A stretch of DNA of 64,000 nt, taken from positions 434,001 to 498,000 of the forward strand of contig NW_019028996.1 in NCBI RefSeq assembly GCF_002105155.1, given 5' to 3'. The notes under the pieces are model-generated. The model saw only the letters and a program-made list of their open reading frames with translations, was not told the origin of the DNA and made no database searches. Positions 50,846 to 64,000 of the stretch are shown piece by piece (within the stretch, counting starts at the first letter, position 1; every line of letters begins with the position of its first letter). The stretch is from Lobosporangium transversale (Eukaryota). Both the position numbers and the translations under genes were made by a program.

Positions 50846-53589
50846 GGCTCAGTATCCTATTCTGTAATGTAACAAGAGGGGTGGAAAGGTTTTTTTTGCC
50901 AGATAGGCTGGTGGAAATTGAGTATGCAGATGGAGGAGAAGAAATAGTAAAAGTTTGTTTGCCAGTGCTCGCTTTTTATACTAGGTACCTCTTTAGGACA
51001 GGAACAGCATGCATGATGCCATGTCATGGATGTATTTGTTGTAAATAAATAATAAGGTCAGAGAGGACCGGAATTGGTCATATTGATGGACTGACCGATC
51101 AAAGGCATTGTCAATCTTCTGCTTACATCTGAAGGGCAGCAGATGGTGAAGAGCACCCAGGTTGGAAGCAGATAATGGGTATTAGTGGGGTATACCCCAT
51201 GTCTTCATAGGCTTGTCACCATGATGACTGTCACCCTATTAAAAGAAGACCGCCAACAATTAAAAAAAAAAATGTCGTCATTTAATCGTGTTAATTGCAA
51301 TGCAAGGCAGCCGTTAAACAAACAATGTTAGGCTGTGGGCAGAGGGAGAAAAGAGTGCAAGGCAAGAAAGAGAGCTTTTATATTCTTTTGTCTGATGCTG
51401 ACTTCTGGGCTGGACTAGGCAATTCATATAGCACGTGTCCATGTTCCGAATTCCCCTTCTCTTTTCTCACGGAGAACATGCAAGCACATATAAACTTTTA
51501 TTAGGTATACATACAAGGCTCCACACCTATGCACACACGGAGAGAGGTCACTATCTGCCCTTAAACTACTACAAACCTCTGCCAGCTTGGCTTGTAGGCG
51601 TGGAAATAAGGACGGACTCATGAGTGAATATCCTAACAACATTTGCTTTCTCACCCACAGGATCCACAAATGTGACGATAATTATCATGGTAAAGTTCTT
51701 TGAAGAGTAAACGACATGCAAAATAAACCTATAATCCATTGTTAATGGTCTTGAGATACATCTGTTAATGTGCAATACTACGAAGTCCATTGCACGCCTA
51801 GCGCGACTGAGGTGGGTGAAATCAGCAGTACCGAAAATGATATTGATAGTCATGGTGGTAGAGACGATGACATTTTGACCCGTAGAATATTGTGGTCGAG
51901 CTGGACTACTAAACTGATTGCTGGAGGAATATAAAAATGAAGTGGAGTTGAAAGAAGAGAGCTTTTACGAAGAAACGTCGTCAAAGTGCAGGCTAGCGTG
52001 ACCACCGTTATTGGATCATTCCAATATCGTTTGTTTACTATTTTGGCTGTCGAGTGCTGAATGGAGTTAAGAAATGTAAGTTGGTATTTAACGTTGAAAA
52101 ACTTGAAGTTCTGCCAGAAGAGTTCAACCAATAGTGATAGCCTCTTGCCACAAACTTTTGACGAAGATACGTGAGGACACGCCTTTACCAAAGGGAAGTC
52201 CATATTAAGCGATGTCCTAGTATCTGGAAGGAGAAAGGATTTTTTTAAAATAATAAGGGACGTTCTTAAAAGATTAGAACCGAATGTTTAAATAAGGACC
52301 CAAAGGGTCTGTGCTTTATCATCAAGGTGCTCTATCGCCCAGTGGACTCTGCTTGCGAACACAACAGTCCATTTGGAAACCAACCGCAGAGTAGATTGCA
52401 AGCATAACTCGTTGCTATGCAAGGGTCATTAATGTGGGCATACCGGGTATTAGACTAAGCGTAAATTTACCAACAGATCAATAGACCTTTAGTGGGCCTA
52501 GTTCTCTCTGCTATAAGCGGTGCATGATGGTTTTTGCTGTTGCTATTTTCTTCCCCTTTAGTGTCATTTCCGTTTAAAACGGGGTATGCTCACTACCGTT
52601 GCGTGCCACACAAATTGTTCCTCTATTAATCAATCGCCAAGACACATAAGCGATAGTTGAGCGCTGAAGTAGACGTACATCAGATTTGTATTATATTTCA
52701 ATTGGTTGATGGGCATTTACCCATCAATGATAGCAATAGACAAGGTGAGCAGCAATGATAATTCGTGATATTCGGTGGCCATTACGCGTATTCAGTATTA
52801 TAGATCTCATTTGACTCCTTACTGAATGCGTTTACCTCTAAATTTGAGTTACCTCCGTTTAATCAATTATTAAAGGACCATCTAAGCTTGAGACACTTTA
52901 GACATTGCCTTTTTGCCCCCCCCCCCGCCTTCAAGAAATGGAAAGACGAAGAAAAAAAGAGAAAAAATAATATCGAAATTGAATGAAGCTGCGTGTTGGG
53001 GAAGATGCTCCATCTGTACACTTTAGCCAATTGTAGCTTCCGAATTGCCTGATTGACCATGTCTCGTATTTTCTTCATTGGAGAAATCCTCAGAATGTGG
53101 GGTGAAGAGAGCGAGCAACTTATGAGAGAAGTTCCAAAAGCTCGCAGCCACTATGGATCTATAGGCTGGTTTTTTCATAGGGCGGAAAATAATAGTAAGA
53201 TATAGATCATAGCGGAAGCGAAAGAAAAAAAAAAGCCTCTAGAATCCCGTCTGAGAAGGAGGCGTAGGCTTCTAGCACCTGGATAGGGGACCTGATATTT
53301 AAGCTGAGGCCCCTGGCGACTACGCCCAACGCTGCCAACCAGAATAAGCAGCCTGGAACATTTTCTAGCCATTACTAGAGCATTTCTGCGCTTCTAATGC
53401 ATGGAAGGGAATTGTTGTCTTGCTCCACGAGCTGGAACTCCGCTCAACTGAAGAGATATCCTTACCACTTTCTCGCCATCGGTGCATAATTTCATTCAGG
53501 CCAATTCCGAACTTGTGGAGTCGATCAAGAACCACAAGCAATTTGAATTGGTCGGCTCTGTTCACCCGTAACACATGAAGGTGCAATGA

Positions 53590-53627
<38 letters not shown>

Positions 53628-54767
53628 CCCGAGAAAAATACTCTCTTATTGATACGGTATACGCGATATCGCTCGCACTCGTTTCAAGATTCAAGGCCTA
53701 ACAGGTGACGAATTAAAATTCAACATTTTTCCATAAAGCAGTTTACGTCGAGGTGAAAGTGTTGCTGGTCTGCAGGATTTGTCAGTTAAGGTAGTGTGCT
53801 CAAACAGAAAGACGTTGAAAAGGCTAATTAGGTAATAATTTGTGTAAAGGAGAATTGATCGTTTGAGGAGCTCGATCGTGGACAATTGACAGCTAAAACA
53901 GTGGATCACAAGAGAACAAGAGGGGCAAGAAGAGAGGATCGCTTCAGGGATCGATTCTGGAGACTAATCAGCCAAGACATCTTTACCTGCTTGCATGTTT
54001 CAATATGTCATCTTCAGCTAGTTCATTAAAGCAGTAAACATGACTGGCCCTTGTATCAGTTACTGTCCATGCCCCAGACATTCCAACTGCGTTTTTCCCC
54101 CTTCTATCGATGCCCACATGCCGTGCACATGCACACTCAAACACACAGCCTCTCCCCCCTCTCAAACATTCGTAGTTGGCTCTTACTAAAACTGATTAAG
54201 TTAATGTTTATTTTATTTTATTTTATTTGTTTTCCTGAATGGCTTCATTTCAATTCTCAATTCATTCATTCTACATTCACATTCGCACCTGTGGAGGGGG
54301 AGTTTTTTTTATCTTTTTCCATTTCATTGTCTGTCTGTGTCTGTGCTTCTCTGTCTACCAAGGAATGGTTGCAAAGGCCAATTAATTATCAGACTTTGTA
54401 CATGTACCTTTTTTTTTATCCTTTGCAAAAAAAAAAAAACCCCCCATCGGAGTACTCTTTTCTTTTCCATCTTTTCTTTTTTTTTTATTGTTCCACAACA
54501 TTTCGACCTAACAGTTCTCTGATCAGCTCCTTTCTCTCTCTCCTTCTCACTTGCACACTTACTCCCTCTCTTTTATATATACCTTGCTCAATCCTTGTTA
54601 TTAGTCTCTCCCTCCTCTTTCTCTTTTTATTCAGTATCGATTAGCACTTTCCGATAATCAACCTTTCACCTTCCTGGTTCCGTTGATCCATTAACCCCTG
54701 TTCTAATCCGCCCTGCATATGACCTTACCGGTTCCGAAGGGAGATCAAAAGGTGGTATCAATCAATT

Positions 54768-57700
54768 ATGAAGTTTGCAAAATATCTGCAGCAAGAGATT
54801 GTTCCTGAATGGCGCAAGGCCTATCTCAACTACAAACAAGGCAAGAAGCACCTTAAGGCAATCGAGTCCGCCATCAAAAAACTCGAGACTGCTTCTTCAT
54901 CAGGACGTTATCAACGACAGTTTAATAATGATGACACCCAAACACAAGGACCAGCAGACTTGGTATCTTCGTCATTTAATTCTACACTTGCGCCTCCCAC
55001 AGGAACCACACCCATTATCTCACAGAGTCGGGGAAATATCAAAAGTTATGACGCCATCGCAATCCCTACACATTCCTCTTTCCCAGCTTCACGAGGTGCT
55101 GGCCCCTTAGCCCGTTCATTGTCAATGCTGTCAACAGCGCTGAGGCCTTCCGGTGAGGATGGAAATGAAGGGAATACTCAGACTTCTGAAGGCAACTCTA
55201 CTGGACAGAATATGCTGTCAGTCCTAAGCAACACTTCACGACCGAGTAGACCAACTCGGTCGTTCAGTTCGCCAGCTCTTAAAACCATGATTTGTAGATT
55301 CTCATCAGCAGACACTACAGAGCGTCCCAGAAGAGGCCCAAGAGTTGTTCTTGGTAAATGAAATGTCTCTGCAAAAGAGACTTTACTTTGCCACATGTGT
55401 CAGATTTAGGATTGGTTCATGTCTCAAATCATTTAATTTAACCTGCAACCTTTTCCTTATTGCACCTTAAACGGATCACTTACTTTAGGGGAGGGTGAGA
55501 CGCTCGACAGTGTTATGGATCAGCTCCTTGAAGAAGAAGTACGGTTTTTTAAATTCTTGGATGAACAGCTCAAGATGGTTGACGAGTTTTACCGAGGTAT
55601 TGGCTAATGCCTTTGTTTTTTTTTTTTTTTTCCTGACTGATCGCTTGAATGTACGCACAAACAAATCTATCCTGGAGGGAGCTCGGCTGACATGACTTCC
55701 TATTATTATTGACTTATTGGCTTTTTTTTGGCTAACGTTCGGCCTTTCGCATAGAGAAGGAGCTCGAAGCTGCAACTAAATTCAAAGTTCTGAAGCAGCA
55801 ACTTTTTATCGCTGATGAATGGAAACGTCGTAATGACCACAAAACGGTAAGTTTCTATATATATATATATTAAATAAAAAATAAAGATAAAAAAATAAAA
55901 AAAATAAAAAAGAATCAATAATAACAAAAAAAAAATTGTCACCCTGCGCATGATTTTCCTTACTAGACAAAGATCGGGGCTAACGGAGGCTGGTACCAAG
56001 CAGAGTGGACAAAAATGAGAAGAAATATTGGGAGTTTGATGGGTGGGTGGGAAATCGAAGACGTCACACTTGCTCCTAATCTTGTTTCTGCATCAAGCCC
56101 AGATAACCATCAGAATCAAAGGTCCACAGGATATTTGATCGGTTCCAGCATACCTCCAGATCAAAACAACAATCTTCGGCAGCGGCGGCAAGACACAAGG
56201 CAACAATCAGTCGATAATGATGCTAACCTAGCCCAGATGATCCTTGATGACAAAGAGAATCGCCGTCAATATCTTAGCCATAAAGTCGCCAGGACAAGAA
56301 TCAAAGCCGCACTTTATGAATTTCATCGCAGCCTTGAGATGATCAAGAACTACAAGGTATGCTCTTTGAAAGGACATGAAACTGACTATCATTTGTTTAG
56401 TTACAGATTCATCCTCAATCTATATTCCCTAAGCTGATCAGCTGCTTTGTCTATATTGCTCTATGGTATGGTACTTTACTGAATCCTAGGTGCTCAACCA
56501 CACGGGCTTTGTCAAGATTATGAAGAAATATGATAAAACTGCAGGATGGAAGGCTTCCAAGGCTTTCAAGGAAAACAAACTCCGTTGTATGTATTTCATG
56601 AAATCAGATGCCTTAGACGATCTCATTAAGGAAACTGAGGATCTCTTTATCGATAATTTTGAGGGTGGTCGCCGCCGTCGAGGCATGGCTAAGCTGCGGG
56701 TTCCTGATTCCAAAAGCAAGGCAGGTCATCATCCAGGTCTTTTTCATATATTACATTGTTCATCGATTATAGTAACTACCAGCGATGGCGGACACAGACT
56801 AATCAAAATTGGTACTCCCTTGTGGCTATCATATACACTTGTTTTTAGTCCCATCACGCCACTTCTGCAAGAGTAGGTCTTTATTTGGGATTGGCAATAC
56901 CACTTTTCATCCAAGGCCTTCTGTCGGCCTTCTCAGAGGACACCGCAAACAAACTTCCATTCCGAGACGCCTTGATGATAGTTTATGCTGGCATGTTCCT
57001 GCCTATTTTGTTCGGATGCTTGTTTGGTGTTAATATGTGTGTGTGGTCCAAGTTTCGGATTAATTACAAGTTTATTTTCGAATTTGATCCGCGCGACAAC
57101 CTGGATTATCATCAGTTTTTCGAGGTAAAGCATCTTCCATATATTCGCTTGGCTTGGCTTTGACGAGTTCTCAATCCGCTCTGAGAGGGTGGTCGTAATA
57201 TCTGACATTATAACTTACAACGCCTAAAAAAAAAAAAAAAAAAAAAAAAAATAGCTTCCAATGTTTTTTATGCTATTACTCTCCATGGCGATCTTTTGTA
57301 ATTTCGCATGGTCAGTGACGAAACATATAGCCACTGAGTTTTATCCCCTGATTATCATGTGCATTGTAATCACAATGCTGTTTTTCCCCCTCCCAATTGC
57401 TCATTGGAGTGCTCGTCGATGGTTCATACAGAGTATTGGGCGTCTTATTGTCAGTGGATATCATGCAGTCGAATTTCGAGATTTCTTTATTGCAGATGAA
57501 CTTAATTCACTCGCCTACTCAATCGAACAAACCGAGTTCGCTATATGTGCATACGTTCGATACTGGGACAATCTTGGTAAGACATATTTACAGGTCAATA
57601 CTGATGAAAATATCTCTACATCACCTCGAACAAGTATATTGATGATTTTGAATGCCATTATGATCCTCTACGGCTGTTTATTTATTTATTTATTAAACAG

Positions 57701-59114
57701 AGGAATGTGCTACAAGCAAAACCTGGATAACACCGTTTTTGATGGCTATCCCGGCATGGTTCCGTTTTATGCAATGTCTTCGACGCTATCGCGACACACT
57801 CGAATGGTTCCCTCATCTCCTCAATGCCGGCAAATACTTTTCGTCGTTGTCGCAGATCTTTGTCTTTTTTGCATTCCGCCTCTACAATACTTCACAGCTT
57901 AAGGCCCTTTACATTGTGATTTCGATCTTTACAAGCCTTTATACTTACTCCTGGGATGTGTATATGGACTGGGGTCTATTCCGGTTCGGCAAATATGGAG
58001 GGGGCGCATATGGGAATCCGCTCTTGAGGCCTGAGCTTGTTTATAACCGGAAATCTGTCTATTACTTGGCTATCGTGTTGGATTTCCTTGGAAGGTTCTC
58101 GTGGACTTCAAGACTCATGGGCTTAAGGCTCAATGGGATAGTTCTATCATTCATTCTAGCTTTGATTGAGGTGCTCCGGTAAGGCCATGATGGGAACAAA
58201 GTCATTGTTACCAGTTGAAGACCCTCATATTTTGCTGTTGCTGATATCTTCTATCGCTTAATATATTCATCGCCGATGCCTTGTTTAGTCGCTGGATGTG
58301 GAACTTTTTCCGCCTCGAGAACGAACATCTGAACAATTGTGGTCAGTTCCGAGCCATTAAAGATATTCCGCTCCCTTTCCATATTCGTGTGGCAGGCAAC
58401 GCTACCGAAGAAGAGGAAGACGAAGAAACGGAAGATGAGGCCGAAGGACGGAATGGCGTTAAATCTGAAGGCGGTGCAGTGAAGGACAGTAAGAAAGGGA
58501 CTGTGAGATTTACTGGCGGTGAAGAGATGGAAGTCTTGGCTGTATCGAATGGATCTGTAAACGGAGAGGCGGCTACGGATTCTTCTGATCGTGCATCCGT
58601 ACCTTCTAACGGATCACGCAAAGATAGACTTTTTGAATCTAGCAGTCCTCAAAATGCACTTTTGACTGTCCCACCTCTTGATACTGATGGGGATGGAGCA
58701 GCAGGAGTCGGTATTGGTAGCAGTAGCGCGTCTATACGGTCTACAGGGCCAACGAGTATCAAAGGTCATCATCGAATAGGTCTTCGAAAACGACCGAGCC
58801 AAGCGACGATGACAGACCATTCGCTCGGTGTACAGCGAAGCAACACGGTTGTGGATAACGCAATGACGGAGGCAGGTATCAATGAGGATCAGAGAGAGCA
58901 ATTAACAAGCATCAATAAGTTCTATGATCGTCGTGACTTCGATAGCAGGGTTTTAGATACAATATCGGACGGCTTCTTCAAAATTAGTAAACGATCGAAT
59001 GCCAGCAGGGCTGGCTCGATACGACATGGCGTTGGCGCCCAGGATCCAGACGCTAGTGGCAGGAACAGAAAAGATAGCACAGATGACGATGATACTGATG
59101 ATGATGAAGCATAG
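54768..59114 (+). CDS. SYG1: SPX-EXS phosphate exporter (Syg1/XPR1/PHO1 family), multi-exon
   Basis: [84 protein letters not shown]. Confidence 0.95.
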
Positions 59115-59477
59115 ACTAGTATGGGTTAGCATAAAAAAAGAGTAACAAACGAGTAGCTGCGGAAATAACAGCAACGCAGACATTATATTCCAGTAGATTC
59201 TTGAATCTATTACTAAGGGGCGTTGTTGTATATGTATGTGTGTGTGTGTCGGTTAGTACGTGCTGGGGTTATCTGGGGGCGCAATGAAAGACACTTTATG
59301 TATCATATGGGAAATCAGACAAATATTTCGGATTTTTTGATCATGCTATGTTGCCACACAAGTGTCGCTTTTTTTTTTTTTTTTTTTTTTCTTTTTTTTT
59401 TTTTCATTATTATATACTATACGCGTAAGTGTTATGTTGCCACACCCAAGCACAGCACAAAAAGTAAGCGCAGTAGG

Positions 59478-59492
59478 CTTCCAGAAGCTTCC
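59478..59492. promoter_or_regulatory. heat-shock element upstream of BAG gene 2
   Basis: Perfect TTCcaGAAgcTTC; second imperfect site at 59188-59205; TATAAAA near 59603. Confidence 0.6.
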
Positions 59493-59755
59493 CGCGTAAA
59501 AACAAAATTTAAGGTTGTGTGACAAATCCAAACTGCCAAATATAGAAATTACAGGCAAGTTCGTTGCCCTACGCATTTGTCAACGAACGCAAAGAAAAAA
59601 AAGTATAAAAGCCATTCTTTTAAGACTTTTTTACTTATTTTCATCTCAAAAAGAAACTTAACAACGACCTCATTCTAATCGAAGTCAACTTTCCCTGCTT
59701 CCACTTTTATTTCTTTTTTTTTTTTTTTCCCTTTTTTTTGCACCCATTCTACATC

Positions 59756-61768
59756 ATGTATTCATTCTACCCTGTGCACTCTTCTTCTAGGCGACAATAC
59801 CACCCCATCAACCCATCTTCTCTGCACCCTACACCTTATTCCCCTTATTTGTACTATCCAGTGCCTGCCTCAGCGCCTTTGATGCCATCACCGGCCTATA
59901 GTTCGATATCCGATCTGAACTATTTCTCTTTGGGCGATGATGGTACTGACGAGGAAGAGCTCTTGCTCCGTGCTGCTCTCGAACGTAAGCAGCAACAGCG
60001 TTTAGCCAAGCGGCAACACTATGAAGAGCTGTTGCAAAAGGAGCGTGCTCGTCATATCGCTATCGCCCAAGCGCAAGCGCGAGCTCGGGCCGAATACGAA
60101 GCCGAACAAGAAGCCATCCGCCGATATAACAAAGCCCAGTTGGCGAAGCAGCGACAGCAGCTGCAACGGCAACAACAACTAGCCTTATTTGAAGCTATTG
60201 CTTTGCAGCAGGCACAGCAGGAGCAAGAAGAGGCTCGTGCTCACGTTTATGCCCGTGCCCACGACAAAGTGGCATCCGCTGCTGCCGCTGCTACTCTCAG
60301 AGCCACTTTTGGTATCAACGGGATTGATGAAGATGACGAGAATGATGAGGAGAACACTTTGAATCCTGTCAGCAAGCTCTTGAGCACTTTGCTTGCTCCT
60401 CACTCGAACCGATCGATACCTCAGGAGGGTTATTCATACAAGCGCAATCATCACTGCTCTCTACAACTTCAACAGAAGCAGGGACAAGTCGGCCGAGAAG
60501 CTTCCGTTTCTACTACTTCATCGTCTGCTGGCACTTCAAAGGAAAGCCAAGACTTTAAGAGGGCCCAGAAGCTGAAGAAGGATGACCAAAAGAGTACCGC
60601 TGCCGCCGCTGCCGCCGCTGCATCTCAGAACGAGGTCGAGTTCTACGATGTTATCCCCACAATATTATCCTTTGTCGAGGCTCTCTTTGAAAGGGAAGAA
60701 GAGCCTGATGTCAACTCCAGCAAGGCCAACGGCGAGTCATCGGGCTCAGCTAGCAAGGACAAAGCACGCTACAAGCCCAATATGGCCTTCACGAGCACCA
60801 GTGCCAGTGCTAGCGCCAATGCTTCTTCACCCGCATTTGATCATCCATCTTCATCTTCTACAGAGTCATCTCCTGAGCTCCGTGCGGCCGACATCCTCCT
60901 CCGACGCCAAAAAAATCAGCAGCAGCAGGCTATGACTCTTCAACAGAAGCATTCCGAACTCAACTTGATCGACTCTGCGCTCGACAGCTTTGCACTCGAC
61001 CTGACCGAGGCCCTCAAGAATGATGTGAAAGAGGAGACTAAGCGGATCGTCCTTGCTGCAGAGGAGAATATTAGCAAGGCTATGTTCCAAATTGACTCTG
61101 TCCAGAGTGATGGCAACCTTTCAGTCCGCCAACGTCGCAAGGAGCTGATCAAGAAGAGTCAAGATATGCTTGACTTGGTTGATGGTTTTAAAAACCGTGA
61201 GGCCAACACCGGCAAGCAAGTCATTCGATCCACTCCCACTGCTGCTGAAGTCCTCGATACCACGCCGGCACCCTCTTCTAGCTCTTCAGCAGAGAAGGAG
61301 GGGGAGGGTGATAAAGTTGATGTTGAACTCGAGACGAAGATAGAGATCGAACCTGCTGATATAATTGATGCTTTGCCAGAAGAAAGCACTGTTAGAGCCT
61401 CTGTAGAGCAATCAATCCAGAGTAATAGCAAGAGTCAAGTTGAAGATGAGAATGAGGACAAAGACGAAGTTGTGGAGCCATATAATGTTGTGGCTACGGA
61501 AGCATCAGCTTCACCTCTCGAGTCAGAGACCATTCAGGAGAAACACAGTGACAATGAAGCCACTTCTACTGCTGCCTCTACTGATGTGCCAACCAATATC
61601 AAATCCACTGTCGCTGCCACTACTACTACCATCCCTGTAGAGACTGAGAGTGACATTGAGATCAATGTTAGGCTCGAACAAGAATCACATCCAGCTGTGG
61701 ACTCGGAAATGAAGGTTAATGATTCAGACTTATCGAACGATGACTATGAGCTCGTTCAAGATTTTTAA
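59756..61768 (+). CDS. BAG-domain protein with coiled coil and acidic tail, intronless
   Basis: EENISKAMFQIDSVQSDGNLSVRQRRKELI. Confidence 0.85.
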   Translation: MYSFYPVHSSSRRQYHPINPSSLHPTPYSPYLYYPVPASAPLMPSPAYSSISDLNYFSLGDDGTDEEELLLRAALERKQQQRLAKRQHYEELLQKERARHIAIAQAQARARAEYEAEQEAIRRYNKAQLAKQRQQLQRQQQLALFEAIALQQAQQEQEEARAHVYARAHDKVASAAAAATLRATFGINGIDEDDENDEENTLNPVSKLLSTLLAPHSNRSIPQEGYSYKRNHHCSLQLQQKQGQVGREASVSTTSSSAGTSKESQDFKRAQKLKKDDQKSTAAAAAAAASQNEVEFYDVIPTILSFVEALFEREEEPDVNSSKANGESSGSASKDKARYKPNMAFTSTSASASANASSPAFDHPSSSSTESSPELRAADILLRRQKNQQQQAMTLQQKHSELNLIDSALDSFALDLTEALKNDVKEETKRIVLAAEENISKAMFQIDSVQSDGNLSVRQRRKELIKKSQDMLDLVDGFKNREANTGKQVIRSTPTAAEVLDTTPAPSSSSSAEKEGEGDKVDVELETKIEIEPADIIDALPEESTVRASVEQSIQSNSKSQVEDENEDKDEVVEPYNVVATEASASPLESETIQEKHSDNEATSTAASTDVPTNIKSTVAATTTTIPVETESDIEINVRLEQESHPAVDSEMKVNDSDLSNDDYELVQDF

Positions 61769-62404
61769 AGTACAATTTTTAATCTGTAGTTTTTCCCAAT
61801 AAAAGTTATTCATGTTAATAAATCTGTAAAAATGCATTATCAGAAGGATACAAAAAAGCTTGAAATGTTTTCTTTAATGTCTTTTGCTCGACTTCTTTGG
61901 TTTTCTCCCTTTGAAAGTATTTCTGAAAGCAAAAGGATTTTATTACACACACGCTGACCGGTTGAATTATGGTACAGTTTTACTCGAGACTAAGTGATAC
62001 GTGCAAAAAGTGCATTCAACGTTTCTCTCTTTTCTTTCTCTTTCTCGCCCGCTTGTCTACTCACTACTTTCCTTTTCCCATGTTGATCTTGCCGTATCCG
62101 GCACAGATCTGGTGGTTTATGAAAGTTCACCAGTTAATTCCCCAACCAAGAATGCCAGTGTTGGTACAACCGAGCCTCAGTCGGTGCAGAAAATCTAGCC
62201 AAAATTGGCCATAGATAGATTCAACATTAAGATAGACCTTGAATGATATAGCCCATTTGACTGCTCTGCTGGAACAGTTTTATTCTAAAAGTGGTTCTTT
62301 CCGAATGTGTCTGTTTAATGCTTTTTTCTCTTCGTTTTTTTATTTAATTAAGAAGAGTGACAAAATAAAGACAATGAAAAAATAAGTCGTTGCTCTCTTT
62401 TTCA

Positions 62405-62437
<33 letters not shown>

Positions 62438-62622
62438 CAAAAAATAATTAAAAAAAAAAAAAAAAAATTATATATATATATATATATATATCCGTCATTT
62501 AACGCTTTTTTACCATTTTTTTTCTTCTAATTTTGAGAGAACTTGGGTCGAGGAGTGAAAGGTTTATGAATGAATATTGGGGAAAGCTTTTTTCTTTTCT
62601 TTTTTTATTATTTCATGATCCT

Positions 62623-63451
62623 TTAAACAGTGATCTTGAAAGGGAGAGTACCCTCCTCACGCTGCTCATCCCATTTGGAGACCTATATATAATTTCAGGA
62701 GTAGAGAAATATACATGAGTGATATTGCTCGCAAAGGATGTGTGATCAGCGATATTTAACCTACACATGGGAAATCAATATATATATATACATACCCAGT
62801 CATTGGGGCAGATGCTCTTGAAGACCTTGTAGAAATCCTTGCAGGGAGCAAAGTCCTCGCCACGAGCGTTGATGCACTTGTAATAATCACCATACGCCTG
62901 CCAGCAGTGCTTGCTCTGGTTGGTGTTGGGGAAACGAGCGTCGAAAGGAGCTATATTGAATAAACACAACAAATAAAGTTCATAAAAAGAAAAAGAAAAA
63001 GAAAAAACAAAAGAAAAGGGTTACATCATTTGCTCCTTTCATTCTTTCTCTGCCTTATATGCTCTATGCATTACAACAGAACCGTGAAGTAAAGAATTGT
63101 GATATGAAGCAATTGAGAAAAGAACAAGAAGGCCGAAAGAGAAAAATAACACGGGAAACCAAAAGAAAATGAATAGTGGAGGATTAACAGTGCAAGACAG
63201 GTAGAACATGCGTTTGTATATGCGTATGGATGCGTGTATCTGTGTAGCGTGGTCTAATGTATTTCGCGACAACTCTATAGACGCCGTTGTTCCGATAGTA
63301 GCTTGAAACGCTTCCTGATCCGCGTTTGTTTTTTTTGATGTGATGGATCGCCTTTTTTTTTTTTTTTTTTTTTTTTCCTTCTTTTAAGTAGTATATGTCT
63401 GGAATCATAATACGCACCAGTCTCAATCTTGATCTCAGCGTTGTCAGACAT
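62623..63451 (-). CDS. COX12: cytochrome c oxidase subunit 6B, 3 exons
   Basis: TAPFDARFPNTNQSKHCWQAYGDYYKC..CPNDW/VSKWDEQREEG. Confidence 0.96.
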
Positions 63452-64000
63452 GGCGAAGGATGATTGTTTGTTCCGTGGAAAGAAAGTGATTATCGGATTG
63501 ATTCAAAAATGGATGATGGAATAAAAAAGCGGGTCCGAAAACAGCCACTAAGAATGTTGATTGGCGCGCCGGTCAGTACAGCACAAGTCTCTCTCAAAAT
63601 ACGTCATAGAAGTGGCGTTTGGTGTCTTTCTTCCAAGGAGATGTTCCATTCTTGTCCGTCGACTGGAGAGTTGCAATGAATGAACCTGATAACATTGTAT
63701 GCGTTTAATACATATGCTTAAGCTGTCCAATCGCCAGCGATGAACAACTGTAGTCCTGTGCTTCTTTCTAACCATATGAGACCACAGTTATGGTACATAG
63801 AAATAGTGTCAGTTTTTCGATCTGTTTGATATATATTTTTTTACACATTAGATGATATGATAAATACGAACTGATGAACTGGCAATGCATAAAAATATTA
63901 TTGATGCAAGCGCTAGTGAGTCCATGCCAAGAAAGTATATCGAAAATCAGCAATAACCGTGTATCGAGCTAAATCATAGTACACAACGTTTATCTTTTAA

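Noticed and set aside
51570..53700. Coding-like minus-strand fragments (KLLVVLD, AMDFVVLH) suggesting a second CRN/NTPase fossil
   Set aside because: Motifs too short and broken to support a call without a profile search

Overview
Intron-rich fungal genomic DNA with long poly-A/T tracts. The gene content (CRN effector relic, sphingomyelin-synthase-family gene) suggests Mucoromycota/Mortierellaceae (inference). Host genes in order: CRN pseudogene, 2OG-Fe(II) oxygenase, XRN1, MIT-domain protein, MSP/VAP-like protein, PCNA, m3C tRNA methyltransferase, NDUFB9, TYW2, MEF2-type MADS factor, BAG protein, SMS-like enzyme, SYG1/XPR1, second BAG protein, COX12. The main accessory feature is a ~10 kb nest of DNA transposons (21422-31284). 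An outer PIF/Harbinger-type two-gene element carries a DD87E IS630-Tc1-mariner element (itself holding a DD34E Tc1), a DD39E Tc1 and an unclassified insert. The DD87E transposase gene is in three pieces with the middle piece inverted. The pieces rejoin in frame at TA sites into a 653-aa ORF, with a Tc1-type footprint at the other breakpoint. All calls come from reading the sequence and recognising motifs; no searches were run, and exon boundaries are manual.
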